Source: Octopus vulgaris | Lineage: Eukaryota | NCBI GenBank assembly: GCA_951406725.2 | Contig: OX597837.1 | Span: forward strand, 15,810,001 to 15,874,000 | Direction of reading: 5' to 3' | DNA length: 64,000 nt | Part shown: piece after piece, positions 29,377 to 60,151 of the stretch | How the letters are laid out: each line of letters opens with the position of its first letter | Numbering within the stretch: the stretch's first letter is position 1 | The notes under the pieces: generated by a model | Databases searched by the model: none | Told to the model about the DNA's origin: nothing | What the model saw: the letters and a program-made list of their open reading frames with translations, nothing else | Program-made: the position numbers and the translations under genes

Positions 29377-30849
29377 TACGACTTCGAATCTATGTGTGCG
29401 TGTGTGAGGAGGGAAGAGTCTTCCTTAGATCAGAGACCGGTGAACGGTCGATGCAACGATGAGACCGGGGTCCACGAAGCAGAGGTGGCGGCAATTAGGG
29501 TCCAACGACGACGAAAGAACGCAGACACAGAAATATACGGAGAACTCCTTTAATATACACTACTGTGCGTGTGTGTGCGCGCGCTAAGAAACGGAGACGT
29601 AAACAAACTTACACCGGCTGACAAGCGGAGGTGAGGACAAACACAAAGACACACACACGAATACAATATATTCGCGCGAGTGTGTGCGTGTATAAAGATA
29701 CGTGTGTGTGTGTGTGTGCAACGAAAGAAAGTAGATAGACAGAGAGAGAGAGAGATAGATGGATAGATAGATAGAGAGTGAGAGAAAGATATAGATAGAT
29801 AGATAGAAAGAGAGAGAGAGGGGGATAGATAGATGTAGAGAGTGGCATTTATGATTTTAACGCATGTTTGTAAATGCACGTTGGTTAACTCTTCGGCTTT
29901 ACTGTGCAGAGTCGCCTCCCCTGCTGGAAGCGTGTCTCGCCTTCGCGCAAATGGCTTTCGTCGTCGCCGTCCTTCCTCAGGTCTGCTCTGATCGAGAAGA
30001 AATAAGATTTAAAAGTCTTTTTTAATCGTGCCGAGCTGCTCTTTTTTTTTAGATACTGAGTAACTGTGCTCCAGCATGGCCGCAGTCAAATGACTGAAAC
30101 AAATAAAAGAATAAATCAAGTGTGTCCTTGTTTTTAACATAATAGTGAGATTTGAGATTTGGCTGCTGTTTCTTTTACGTTGAATGACTACATAAAGAAA
30201 TGAGTCATTAAGTCTGCGTCTGCGCGAACCTGTGATTACATAGCAACAGCAACCACAACCACAACAATATTGAGTGCCAGTGGACAGAATTGTTAGCAAA
30301 CCGGACGAAATGCTTAGCGGCACCGCCATCAATTTTCTCGTCTTCATGCTCTGAGTTCAAATTCGTCGAAGTCGTCTTTGCCTTTCATCCTTTTCAGGAG
30401 ACTGAAAGAAACCCGTTGTGTATATATATATATATATTTGCATGTGTGTCCTTGTGTCGATGTTTGTCCTCTCAATGCTGCTTGACAACCAATGTTGGTG
30501 TGTTTATGTCCCTGTAACTTAGCAGTTTGGCAAAAGAGACTGATAGAATACTAGGCTTACAAAGAATAAGTAACTGAGGTCGATTTCTTTGACTAAAAGC
30601 CCCTTGAGATGGTGCTCCAGCATGGCCACAGCTAAATGATTGAAACATGCAAAAGAATAGATAAATATGTTTTCTATAAATTGCACCAACATTGAATAAA
30701 AGGATACATGTCCTTTCTTTCAGGGGGTAGCATGCAACATGAAGGGCAATTTAGCTGCTGTTTTTAGCAGAATGAGTAACCACAGGAAGGCACCATTGGT
30801 GTATTGTATGGGTGGCTTCTTCAGTCAAAATCTAAACTTAAATTTAAAA

Positions 30850-30903
30850 CAAGTTTGAAAAAAAACAACACCAAGACATATTTTTAAAAGAGATAATTTT
30901 ATT
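30850..30903 (-). terminator. Candidate HIF-alpha polyadenylation signal with GU/U-rich downstream element
   Basis: AATAAA on the minus strand at 30903-30898, followed about 25 nt later by tgtcttggtgttgttttttttc. Confidence 0.45.
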
Positions 30904-30973
30904 TTTGATACTTGATAAATATAATTTGTAAATTCATAACAGTAATTACATATATATGTCTATATAAGATATG

Positions 30974-31031
<58 letters not shown>

Positions 31032-31094
31032 TCTTCATCTAGGAAAAACACACCTCAGACAACTTTCACTGACTACAGTACTGCCTCTGCACAA

Positions 31095-31127
<33 letters not shown>

Positions 31128-32435
31128 ATAATAATATGTATATATTCATATGGATATTGCTGTGTAAGTATGCGTGTGTGTATATATTTCTCAAAGATAT
31201 TCTATATATATAAATGTGTGTGTGTGTGAGTATATGCATGTAATGGTTTCTGATGTTTCCAGCTTCAATAAAACAGATGTGTACGAAGATGTGTGTGGAT
31301 GTGTGTGTGTGGGGGGGGGAGTGAATTCATGTCTGAAGACACAGACAACACAACAGCATAGGTGAGTGTCCAATGTGGATCTCCGCTGCCCTCGCTACAT
31401 TCCCTGTGTACCTTCACATGTAGGGAATCCATGGAAGTGCTGGGAGACCATCTTCACAGTCATGTGTTATACCCCAAATGACTAAAAAAAAACAAAAACT
31501 AAAAGGTTGTCTGCACACACACATCATCATCATCATCATCATTTAGTGTTCACTTTCATTTTGCTTGCATCGGGCAGAGAATATTTGGTCAGGCAGACTT
31601 TCTACGGCACGGACAAATTCCACCTGAGCCTTGCAAGCATTATATATAATTATATACAGATATTTATATATATCATCATCATCATCATCTCCATTTCAGT
31701 GTAACGAACAAGAAGGGTGGAAATCAGGAAGCAGCAAAATAAACCTCATACCTGTACTCAGGTGTGTATACACACACACACTCATTCCTCTTGCTACCTG
31801 TCGCTGCCACTTAAAAAAACTAACCTGCTACAATGCTACATCGATGTCACAGTTACCTACAACACCAGCTTCGCCCCTACAAGCTCCATACCTATCGATC
31901 TATTGCTACCCAAGCCTTAAGCTCAGCCCTTGTGTTGCGTTCTGTCCCCAAAGGCACAGCACCTACCAACAGGCTCCGTCCTACTTGTCCTAATCTGCTC
32001 CCTGTCTCTCTCGGACACAGATTTACAAACGTGGGACTTAGAAATGAATCATTTCAATGTCTTAAAGGAGGTCAAAGGTCAGTGTCCTGTCTTCCTCCTC
32101 ATTAGATTGGGGATAATGATGGGGCGGGGGGGGGAAGCAAAATTATATAAATATATTGTGTATCTATATATTTGTGTCTACGTGCATACACACACACACA
32201 CACCTACACAATCATCATTTACCATCCATGGGATGGATGGTTTGACATGATCCAATGTGTCCAAGGACAGCATCAAGCTCCTCTGTCCGCATTTGCTGGC
32301 AGTGAAACTGACCATTTACACATCTATTTCACTTATATCGTCTGTCTGTGCACAGATATTTTCTGTTGAAATGGATATAAAATATACATTTATACAGATT
32401 TATGTATTATATATCAATTTAAATATATATAATTA

Positions 32436-32470
<35 letters not shown>

Positions 32471-32872
32471 TACGTATCCAATTTCCAATATATATATATA
32501 TATATACCCTTACACATACACATAAACATAATCTAAAGGAAAATATATAAAGTATATAAAAATATATATGATATATTTTTTTACATTAGTAATCTACAAT
32601 ATACATACATGTGTGTGTGTGTGTGTGTGTGTGATACATGTGAGCCAGAGATAATTTGTCCGAAACGAAATCATACAAATTACAAAAGACCTCTGTGTGT
32701 ATGTGTGTGTGTGTGTAGATAGATAGATAGACAGACAAACCTAAAGTCTGTACCTGTTTAAGGCAACGGACCAATCAGCTGTGAAGACGCACGTCACATG
32801 CAAGGCTGCCACCTGGTGTTTCTGCTCCCTCAACTTATGCGTAAGTTCACAGACGAACATGTGTACAAAGTG

Positions 32873-32903
<31 letters not shown>

Positions 32904-34567
32904 TGCTGTGAAACATGGGAGACAAAAAGAGACAGCTTTCAACTTTGTTGCTCACACCATATTGTGTGTGTGTGTGTGTTTTTACCCTCATCATTCAATG
33001 AGGACTTTTCCATGCTTGCATGGGTCATGCAAGTTTTGTTGAGGGAGATTTTCCATGGCTGGATACTGTCCCTATCACCAACCTCAAACCCTCATTTGTT
33101 TCCAAGCAAAGTAATATTCCCCGTGGCCAGACATTTTCGTCACAGAAGACTATAAACAAACATGTTCCTTTATAGCCATCCCATAATGTCAAGACAAGGG
33201 CACACACACACACACACACACACGTATGTATGTATTTAAAAAACGAAGTAGATCTCATATATTGAGGAGAGTATTATAGGCAGAAAGATAAAACCTGTTC
33301 TGTGAAAAACAGAACTATTTTAACACCCAAAACAGTTTTCACATCACAAGACAATTCTATACACAATATTAACGAATACTGAAAAAGTGTGAGCTGGATG
33401 AGATGTTGATTGTTGTTTGTGTGTGTGACATGTAACAACTTGAAATGGTCAACACAAGAGAACGGTTGAGCGCTTGGCTGTTTGATTTCTTTTGCATTTA
33501 AACCAGACACGTCTGGGACAAACATTCTTTCTGTTCTATGTTCAAGCTGGCCAGATCCCACCTCTCACATCTACCCTACAATGTCATTCTAAAAATATAC
33601 AGCCACATCACTGAAATCTCAAAGCCACAAGATAATCTAGGATTAATTTTTTTAAATGTGAATAAACAAGGATTACATTTGACAAAGGAATCTAAATGCT
33701 AAAGGGTTTAAAAACTGAAGTCAACTGACGCCAGCGAAGAGTCGTTTATCCAAAAGGTCTGTAGTAATAAGGGGAGTATAAAACAAGGCACCGTCCTTGG
33801 ACCTTTTAGGATTTCTCATCAGATAACACCAAAGTGATGCTGAACATTAAAACAAATGCAAAACATAGACACAAGCTCTCCAACATGACCTACAAGCCAC
33901 GTCTGCATGAGCAAATAATTATAAAGACCCTTTAATGGCCACCAGCTAGAGTCTGCTAGAGTCAGCACTCTGGCCACCAGCAAAAAGAAACTTTATCTTG
34001 ATCATAAATATAATTAATCTCAACTCATCCACCCCTACTGAATCCTGGTGGCCTAACATTTACCGTGATATGACCCCTTTATCTAAACACCCCCACTAAC
34101 TTATGTAGTCCTCTGTAGAGGGCATTTTCAGAAAAACAAACAACGATGTTTAACCCACCAGAAATTGTTTGTCTTAAGTTGGCAAAACTCCCATTTGCAA
34201 CATTGCTCTCTCTCTCTCTTTCACAAGACTGACCTCACTATTCCTGTGTATGAGTATTACAAATAAAAAAGAAGAAAAAACTGCAGCTGTCTGTTGAGCC
34301 AGTGTGGCAGAGGTGGCTCATCAAATGAGCAGGATGATCTCAAGCTCAAATTCACAGCCCCCACATGGGGCCATGGTTGGGTGGAGAGAAGATGCTGGGA
34401 CCTTCGTCCTGCAGAGGGACTGAACATACGTAATCCTATCCAATCCATGTATATATATTGTAAATGCTTTTGATGTATGGAATGAGACATCCCTTAACTG
34501 AAAAACAGGTCAAGGTGAGCAATAGGAAGGTCATCTACCTGTGAAACGGTGCTTCAATAACGTATTC

Positions 34568-34603
<36 letters not shown>

Positions 34604-35164
34604 GTGTGTACATGTATACGTATAAATGGAAAGATCTGGCGGTTCTTGTTTGAAATTCTACCAAACAGGAAACAACAGCCTAAAGTAATGGAAAGAGCAG
34701 TTTTGTGGACATCAGGAATCCAGAGTTTGGCATTGAAGAGCCAACTGTTATTATTCTGCAGTGGTTCCACCACCACAACCACCAGTGAAAAGAAGCGAGG
34801 ACTTAAAAGCATAACAAAGGTTACCTCTGAGGGAGAGGGGGAGCAATTAAGGGCTACCGTGAAGCACTTTCTTTCCAATATCTGAGACTAAACTTCTGGG
34901 AAAACAACAAATGAACCAGGCCTGAAGGGTTTTAACAGAAACCCAACAGACATTGGCAATGATAAGAATGAAACAGAATGGTCAGCACTGGAGATGGTGC
35001 TCCAGCATGGCCTCACGTGTAGCAATGAGAACAAAAAACAAAAGAAAACTTAGGCTCAACTTTAGGCTTTGTAAATAAGTTGGAGCTCGCTTCAAGCACA
35101 GCAATGTTTAGACACACAAGTTTTGCATACATTAAGTAGGAAATGAAGAATTCACACACACACA

Positions 35165-35210
<46 letters not shown>

Positions 35211-35923
35211 TACATTACAACATGTTTTGGCATAGTTTTTAATTAACAAATTCACTCACAAGGCATTGGTCCACCTGAGTCCATAGTAGAAGACACTTTG
35301 CCCAAGGGCTTGCCCAGTGGGATTGAACCAGGAACAATGTGGCTGTTAAGTGAATTTCTTAACCACACAGCCATGCTTATATATCTGTATATACACACAT
35401 ACTCACAATTATGCATGGACACATATACATATGTATATACTATATATTGTATTTATATATATAAGACTCTGCATGTGTGTGTGGAGAGAGAGAGAGTGTG
35501 TGTGTGTGTGTATAGATTGGTAGATAGGAAGATAGATAAGCAGATAAATATATAGACAGACAGACAGATTAAGTATGTAGACATATGTCTTTATAAAATA
35601 AAGAAAAATAGATATATGGCTATATTTGTAATATATTGTATTCTATATATATATGAATATATATATTTATGCGTGTATGTGTGTGTAATGTGGCGGTAGA
35701 AGTGTATTTTAGCTGAGCAATATACAAGGATACTATCAATGCGTATACAAACTCTCTCTCACACACACACACACATTTGTATACGTGTGTGCATGTTCAT
35801 ATGTATACGCCACATTAAATTTGCGCTTGAAACGTAAGTGTATGCATGTATGTTTTTATATATATATATATTCATTTGATTGTCTCTGTAAGTGTATAAA
35901 TATATATGTATTTGTATATATAT

Positions 35924-35955
<32 letters not shown>

Positions 35956-36026
35956 TCATACATACATATATATACACGGGTTATATAAAAGTCTCTAAAT
36001 TTACACTACATGAGTATAAGTGAATA

Positions 36027-53849
<17,823 letters not shown>

Positions 53850-54538
53850 CTGTAAAGAGAAATTATACATATATTTTTGTTATCAAAGTGTACAGAGTGT
53901 CTTTCTGTAAAGGTGTGTCTGTTAATACGTGCAGGTGTGGCAACGTGGTTAAGAAGTTTGCTTTCTAATCACATGGCTTCGAGTTCAGTCCCACCTTGGG
54001 GCAAGTATCTTCTATTATAGCTTCAGGTTGACCAAAGCCTTGTGAACGTATTTGGTAAACAGAAACTGAATGAAGCCTGTTGTGCATGTATGTGTACTTG
54101 TATATGCAGGTGTGTCTATAAGTGTCTGTATGCATATATGTGTGTGTGTGTGTATGTGTGCACATATGTCTATGTTTGTGTCTCTTCGCTTTGACTTTGT
54201 GAAACAATTGTAAACAAGCATCACTTTCACATAAGTGGTGTGGTTTATTTCCACTCTTCCATAAAACCCTGTCCAGTCAAAGGGAAATATTCCCTTCCTC
54301 AGAAACAGGTTGAGGGTTGGTGACAGGAAGGGCATCCAGCTGTAGAGAATCTGCTTTAATGAATTCCACCTGACCCATGCAAGCATGACAAACTGGACAT
54401 GAAAACAAGGATTATGTGGCTGTGTGGTAAGAAGTTGGTTTTCCGACCACATGGTTCTGAGTTCAGTATCACAATGGGGCACCTTAGGCAAGTGTCTTCT
54501 AACCCAAGTGAATTTGGTAGGTGGAAACTGAAAGAAGT

Positions 54539-54580
<42 letters not shown>

Positions 54581-54581
54581 A

Positions 54582-54794
54582 TTGTCATTAATTGTCATTG
54601 AAGGTGCAGGGTAGCACCTACGTTGCTAGAAATAAGAGTTAAAAAACAGTCTGGAGATCTCGTTTGCAGTGGGGCAATTATCTCTTGTTATTGCATAGAC
54701 ACGTGCTTTTTTTTTTTGTGGTTCTAAGGGTCTTTAACTCTTATTTCTAGCAATGTAGTTACTACCCTGCACTCTCAATCACAATTAGTGACAA
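54582..54794. repeat. Inverted repeat, ~60-bp arms (MITE-like)
   Basis: gtgcagggtagcacctacgttgctagaaataagagttaaa vs tttaactcttatttctagcaatgtagttactaccctgcac. Confidence 0.75.
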
Positions 54795-55451
54795 AAAAAT
54801 TTTTTTTTTTGGTTTTATGTTGCATTATGGCTACCTTTCTTATTTAAAAGATATAGATGTACGTACAACCATTACATATCTCTGTTGCTCAACATTTGGC
54901 TTACAGCTGTTTCCAGCAGTCACTATCGATTCATTATTGATTGGTTTAACCAATTGGGGTTCATTGATCAGTTGAGGAAAATTGAACAACTTAAAAAAGT
55001 TAACGCTACTTCCGTCAGAGCCATTTCTGGTTTTATCCCTCGCTAATAACTATATATGTGTGTGTTTATGAATCTGACCCCGTCATCACTTGACAGCCAG
55101 TGGTAGTCTGTTTGCATCCCTGTAACCTAGCAGTTTAGCAAAAGAGACTGATAGAATAGGTACCAGGCTTAAAAGTAAAAAATGTACCAGGGTCAGTTGG
55201 TTCCATTAAACCCTTCAACACAGTGCTCCAGTATGGCCACAGTCTAAGGACAAAAACAACACACACACACACACACACAGACAGAGCGGAAACCAACAAT
55301 TGTTTTGATCATTTGGTCATGAACTACTTTAGATAACAGCAGCTTGCTGATAACATTAAGCAGAGAAATATAACAATATCCTGAGTGTGTTTGAGAGCCA
55401 CTAATTTTAGTAACAATAACAGTATGATAATATCTGATTACAATAAGCAGC

Positions 55452-55487
<36 letters not shown>

Positions 55488-55761
55488 TCACATTTATATA
55501 TAAATACATATATACATGTATGTGTATACATATATACATCTATACACACACATAAATACAGGGTAAAATTTAAATATTAACTTTTTACCAGTGGTCAGTG
55601 TGAGTAAAAATTTTCCATTTGTTAAAATAAGAATAGATTTTTTTGTGGTTTGGGATTTAACTCCCATTTCTAGCATGATGGAAAACCACTTAGTGGCTTT
55701 CCCATCGTGTATAATTTTTATACACACATATAATATACATACATATGTATGTACATGTATT

Positions 55762-55820
<59 letters not shown>

Positions 55821-56106
55821 AGTAAGATAAGAGGGTAACGTCATTAGTCGGAGGGGTTGGGAAGGTAAGAGAGGAGGGTGAAATAAAAACAAAAACAAGA
55901 CAAAACACAATAAAAAGTAGGAAGAGGTGTTAGGGAGAGGTGAGAGGAGAAGGTCTGACTTTCTCTAATTGATTTATGGATAGAAAAGTTACAAAATTAG
56001 AAATATTAAATTTCTAAATCTCTTGTAGAGACATGTACGGTGGTGGGGCGATAGAATGGTTGTATACTGTCAATCTAACGTGAACGTGACAGTAGGGGGT
56101 TACACC

Positions 56107-56463
56107 ACCGCTGTTTAGCCCTAGGAAGCATCGACGCCTCCTGATGGCTTTGACACATTTTTCCTGTGTCCTTATATACATTTACGAAGGGGAGACAAAC
56201 ACCCCCGGCAGCCAGGCCTGCATCTAGAGACACGCATGTTTCAGGATCATTTTCCATTGCGAATCGGGGCAGATATCTGCAGCTGACGGGCGTCTACTAC
56301 TCTAGACTGATGAAGGACAATGATCCTGAAACATGCGTGTCTCTAGATGCAGGCCTGGCTGCTGGGGGTGTTTGTCTCCCCTTCGTAAATGTATATAAGG
56401 ACACAGGAAAAATGTGTCAAAGCCATCAGGAGGCGTCGATGCTTCCTAGGGCTAAACAGCGGT
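56107..56463. mobile_element. Young Penelope-like fragment: 145-bp inverted repeat with 67-nt spacer
   Basis: Arms 56107-56251 and 56319-56463 are reverse complements with one mismatch; contains the hammerhead motif; CpGs intact. Confidence 0.75.
56301..56347 (+). ncRNA. Type I minimal hammerhead ribozyme (Penelope-type)
   Basis: Stem I TCTAGA/TCTAGA; core CTGATGA 56307-56313; stem II AGGA/TCCT; GAAA 56328-56331; stem III ACA/TGT with TGCG loop; GTC cleavage triplet ending at 56341. Confidence 0.75.
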
Positions 56464-56553
56464 AAAGTTACAAAAGTTCATGGACAAAAAAGATTAAGGA
56501 TATATAAAAGTAGAAAAATAGACAGACTGACAGACAGGCAGGAAGACAGGTCG

Positions 56554-56608
<55 letters not shown>

Positions 56609-57090
56609 GTGGTGTATTCACATAGTGATTTCAAACTTTGGCACAAGGCCAGCAATTTGGGGGAGGGGATAAGTCACAATGATCCTGAAAGGATGAAAGG
56701 TGAAGTCAACCTTGGTGGAGTTTGAACCCAGAATGTAAAGATGGACGAAATGCCACTAAGCATTTTGCCCAGTGGGCTAAAAACGGTTCCACCATTTCAC
56801 TCAGATATTGAATGGTTCTCTAAAGGAATAAATTGAATAAAGAATGGATTTCCTGAGGGAAATTAAACAAACATGATGATCTGAAATTTGACTCTGCACA
56901 GAGATAAAGTGACTGAGAGAGCAGGGACAAACGGTTTGTTTGGAGTCCATCTACGCATCTCATCCAACTTGCAAATTTTTCATTTTCCATACACAAAATA
57001 AAAAGATTTCTCATCCCTTTTTTTCGTTAAAAACACAACCATGGATTGACAGAAGCAAAAGAAAGGGGCAAATGTGTACATCTACACACT

Positions 57091-57305
57091 ATTACTACTA
57101 CTATGGCAATCCCTCAAGGTCGAGGATGATGGTCTTCGCGCAAATTTATTGGTGAGTCCGCAGGTGACTGATAAGACCAGTTCTTGCTCGAAAAGATCGG
57201 TCACAGTGCGGACATCTAGTGCCGGAAGGGAGAGTCGCACGTGGTTGTTGTTGGCGCTCCTTCCGTCATCGTCTTTTCTCCTCCAGCTCTGCAGACCTTT
57301 TCGAC
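57091..57305 (-). mobile_element. RTE-clade LINE 3' end
   Basis: C2H2-like CPHCDRSFRARTGLISHLRTH, followed by a short 3' UTR and a (TAG)n tail. Confidence 0.8.
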
Positions 57306-58453
57306 TCACACACACACACACACACACGTACTGGTTATTGATGGAGAAACAAATAAAACATTATTTCATGTCTTTATGTAGAGTTTGGGTGCAGCTTGGA
57401 ACAGATTATCCCTAATTTATATGTATTTCATCTGATTACACCTTTAACAAACAATTTAGTTAATGAACAGCCGCTTCACAACAGATTATGTTCTCATACA
57501 GAGACCCCACCACGGCTTTGAGGAATTAGCAACATCCCATGTTGTGTGTGAATTTTCTATTCATTAGGGTATTGGTGTCAAGAAGACCCAAAGGTGTCAG
57601 GTAATGCTGCGTAAGTGTTATGGACGGACTCTAGTTTTAAGCTCCAGGTTCGGTGATTCAGTCTGAATGAGGAGTCCAAATATAAACTTTATGTTCAGCT
57701 GATGTGTTTCATTCATTTTACGGATGATTAAATATAAATCGCACGAGTACAGACATGGTGTAGGTTCAGACCCAGAGTGTACCACTTTGGGCAAATGTCT
57801 TCTATTAGTCCCGAGTCAACCAAAGCCTTGTTAATGGAAACTGAAAGAAGCTCATTATGTATTATGATCATCATTGAACGTCCATTGTCCATGCTGGCAT
57901 GGGTTGGACTGTTTGACCAGGGCTGGCAAGTTGGAAGGCTGCACCCCACTGCAGCCTGTTTTGGCATGGTTTAGCTGGATGCCCTTCCAATGACAACCAC
58001 TCCGAGAGTGTAAGGGGTGGTTTTATGTGCCACTGGCACGGTGCCATTTGCGTGACACCGGCATCTGTCACGACTGCAGTTTTATTTGGCTTGATGGGTC
58101 TTCTTCTCAAACACAGCATCATGCCAAATGGACTTGGTCATTGCCTCCATGAGGCCCAACGCTCAGAGCCTGGCATAATGCCAAATGGCCCTTGTGAGGC
58201 CCAACGCTTGAAAGGTGCTTTTACGTGTGTGTGTGTGTGTGTGTTTTTGTGTTTGTCCCCTACCACTGCTTGACAACGGGTGGTTGTTTGTGTTGCAGTA
58301 ACTTAGTGGTTTAGCAACAGGCTTAAAATGTAAGTGCTGCGGTTGATTCGTTCGACTAAAACCTTCCAGGGCGATGCGCCCAGGCATGGCCGCAGCCCAA
58401 TGACAGAAACAAGTAAAAGCTAAAAGGATGATTTGTGTGTGTGTGTGTGTATG

Positions 58454-58526
<73 letters not shown>

Positions 58527-58804
58527 CGACTGGCTTCTGCACAGTTTCTCCGTCTACGAAATTTCATTGAGAAATAAGTTTGTTGAATCTGAGGTCTGTG
58601 GTAGAAGACAAACACTCGTCTGACATGTCACGGCTCAGTGGGATCGAAACCAGAGCAAGCGATTGTGAAGCGAACTTTATAACTACTTAGCCGTGCCTGC
58701 GCCCAGCACAGAAATGCTATTATGAAATATATCCGAGTGTTTATAATGATTGTAGCTATGTACTTCAAACTACGACCATGGTGATACAAACTGTATCGGA
58801 GAGG

Positions 58805-58865
<61 letters not shown>

Positions 58866-59614
58866 AGGTGAAAGAGGAGATGCCTTTCAACTGTAATCTA
58901 GTCGAAAACATAGATAACCAGACTCTATAGCGAAAGGAAACAGTATGCAACTTCTATATATATAACCTTGACACAATTCTTGACATAGATAAAGAAACGA
59001 AACAAAGAGTGTTTTTATATACAACCTTAGAAAGAAAAAAAATAGAGAGAAAGTGAGGGAAAACAGGAAACGAAATTAACAGCCGACTTTTATATACAAC
59101 TTACAAAGGTTTCATATCATTCTATCTATCTACATATATATCTATCTATCTATCTATCTATCTATATATATCTCTCATGAACACTTATATGGATGGTTAG
59201 AAAGCTATAGAGATGTATAGGAAGAAAAGGCGTGTGTGTTGTTCATAGAGGATTGCTATACAGATATATATTTATAGGGAAAATTGAGGGGCAGATGGCA
59301 AAACGACGAAAAGTAGGATATGAGAGAGGAGCGCGGAAAGGAGAGGCAACTAAATGAAAGGCATCGACTGTCAGAGAGAGAGAGAGAGAAAAGAGAATAT
59401 AGGAGTTATAAGTTAGGCGGAGACATTCATACAAAGATGTGTATAAAGATAGATATACAAAAACTGTTAAGCAACAGAAATCTCAGAGTAGACTGATATA
59501 AAGATGGATATATCGTTGATCAGATCTAAAAGAGATGTTTCAATATTAAAAAGATGCAAATAGGTAGATAGATGGATAGATAGATAGGTAGGTAGATAGA
59601 TAGATGGATAGATG

Positions 59615-59676
<62 letters not shown>

Positions 59677-59719
59677 CAGACAGATAGATAGATAGATAGA
59701 CAGACTGATGGATAGATAG

Positions 59720-59854
59720 ATTAGAGGGAAAAGGACAACAAAACTAAGGCAGGGCGAGTATCTGAAGCCATTTACAATATTTAATTGGAGTAAATAGTGT
59801 AAACGATTTGAGATATCCGCCCTGCCTTGGTTTTGTTGTCCTTTTCCCTCTAAT
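59720..59854. repeat. 135-nt fold-back hairpin
   Basis: attagagggaaaaggacaacaaaactaaggcagggcg pairs with cgccctgccttggttttgttgtccttttccctctaat; inner stem tttacaatattta/taaatagtgtaaa. Confidence 0.8.
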
Positions 59855-60025
59855 ATAAATCTGCTGACTCGAAAGCCTAATACGGATCCCTAGCTCCGGC
59901 CTCAGCTGTGAACTTGGAACCTAACGGATGACCAATTATAGCCCTGACACAGTCTACCTGTTTGTTTAGATCATCAGTGAACTAAACCCTTCATATGACA
60001 GACAGACAGATAGATAGATTAGATG

Positions 60026-60073
<48 letters not shown>

Positions 60074-60090
60074 GATAGACAGACAGATAA

Positions 60091-60151
<61 letters not shown>

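Noticed and set aside
56078-56088. Tandem ACGTG (HRE cores) suggesting autoregulation
   Set aside because: 5-mers are expected by chance and lie beside a fresh insertion; no supporting evidence
59295-59318. ATG-MAKRRK-gtagga resembling a HIF first exon
   Set aside because: On the plus strand, opposite to the gene
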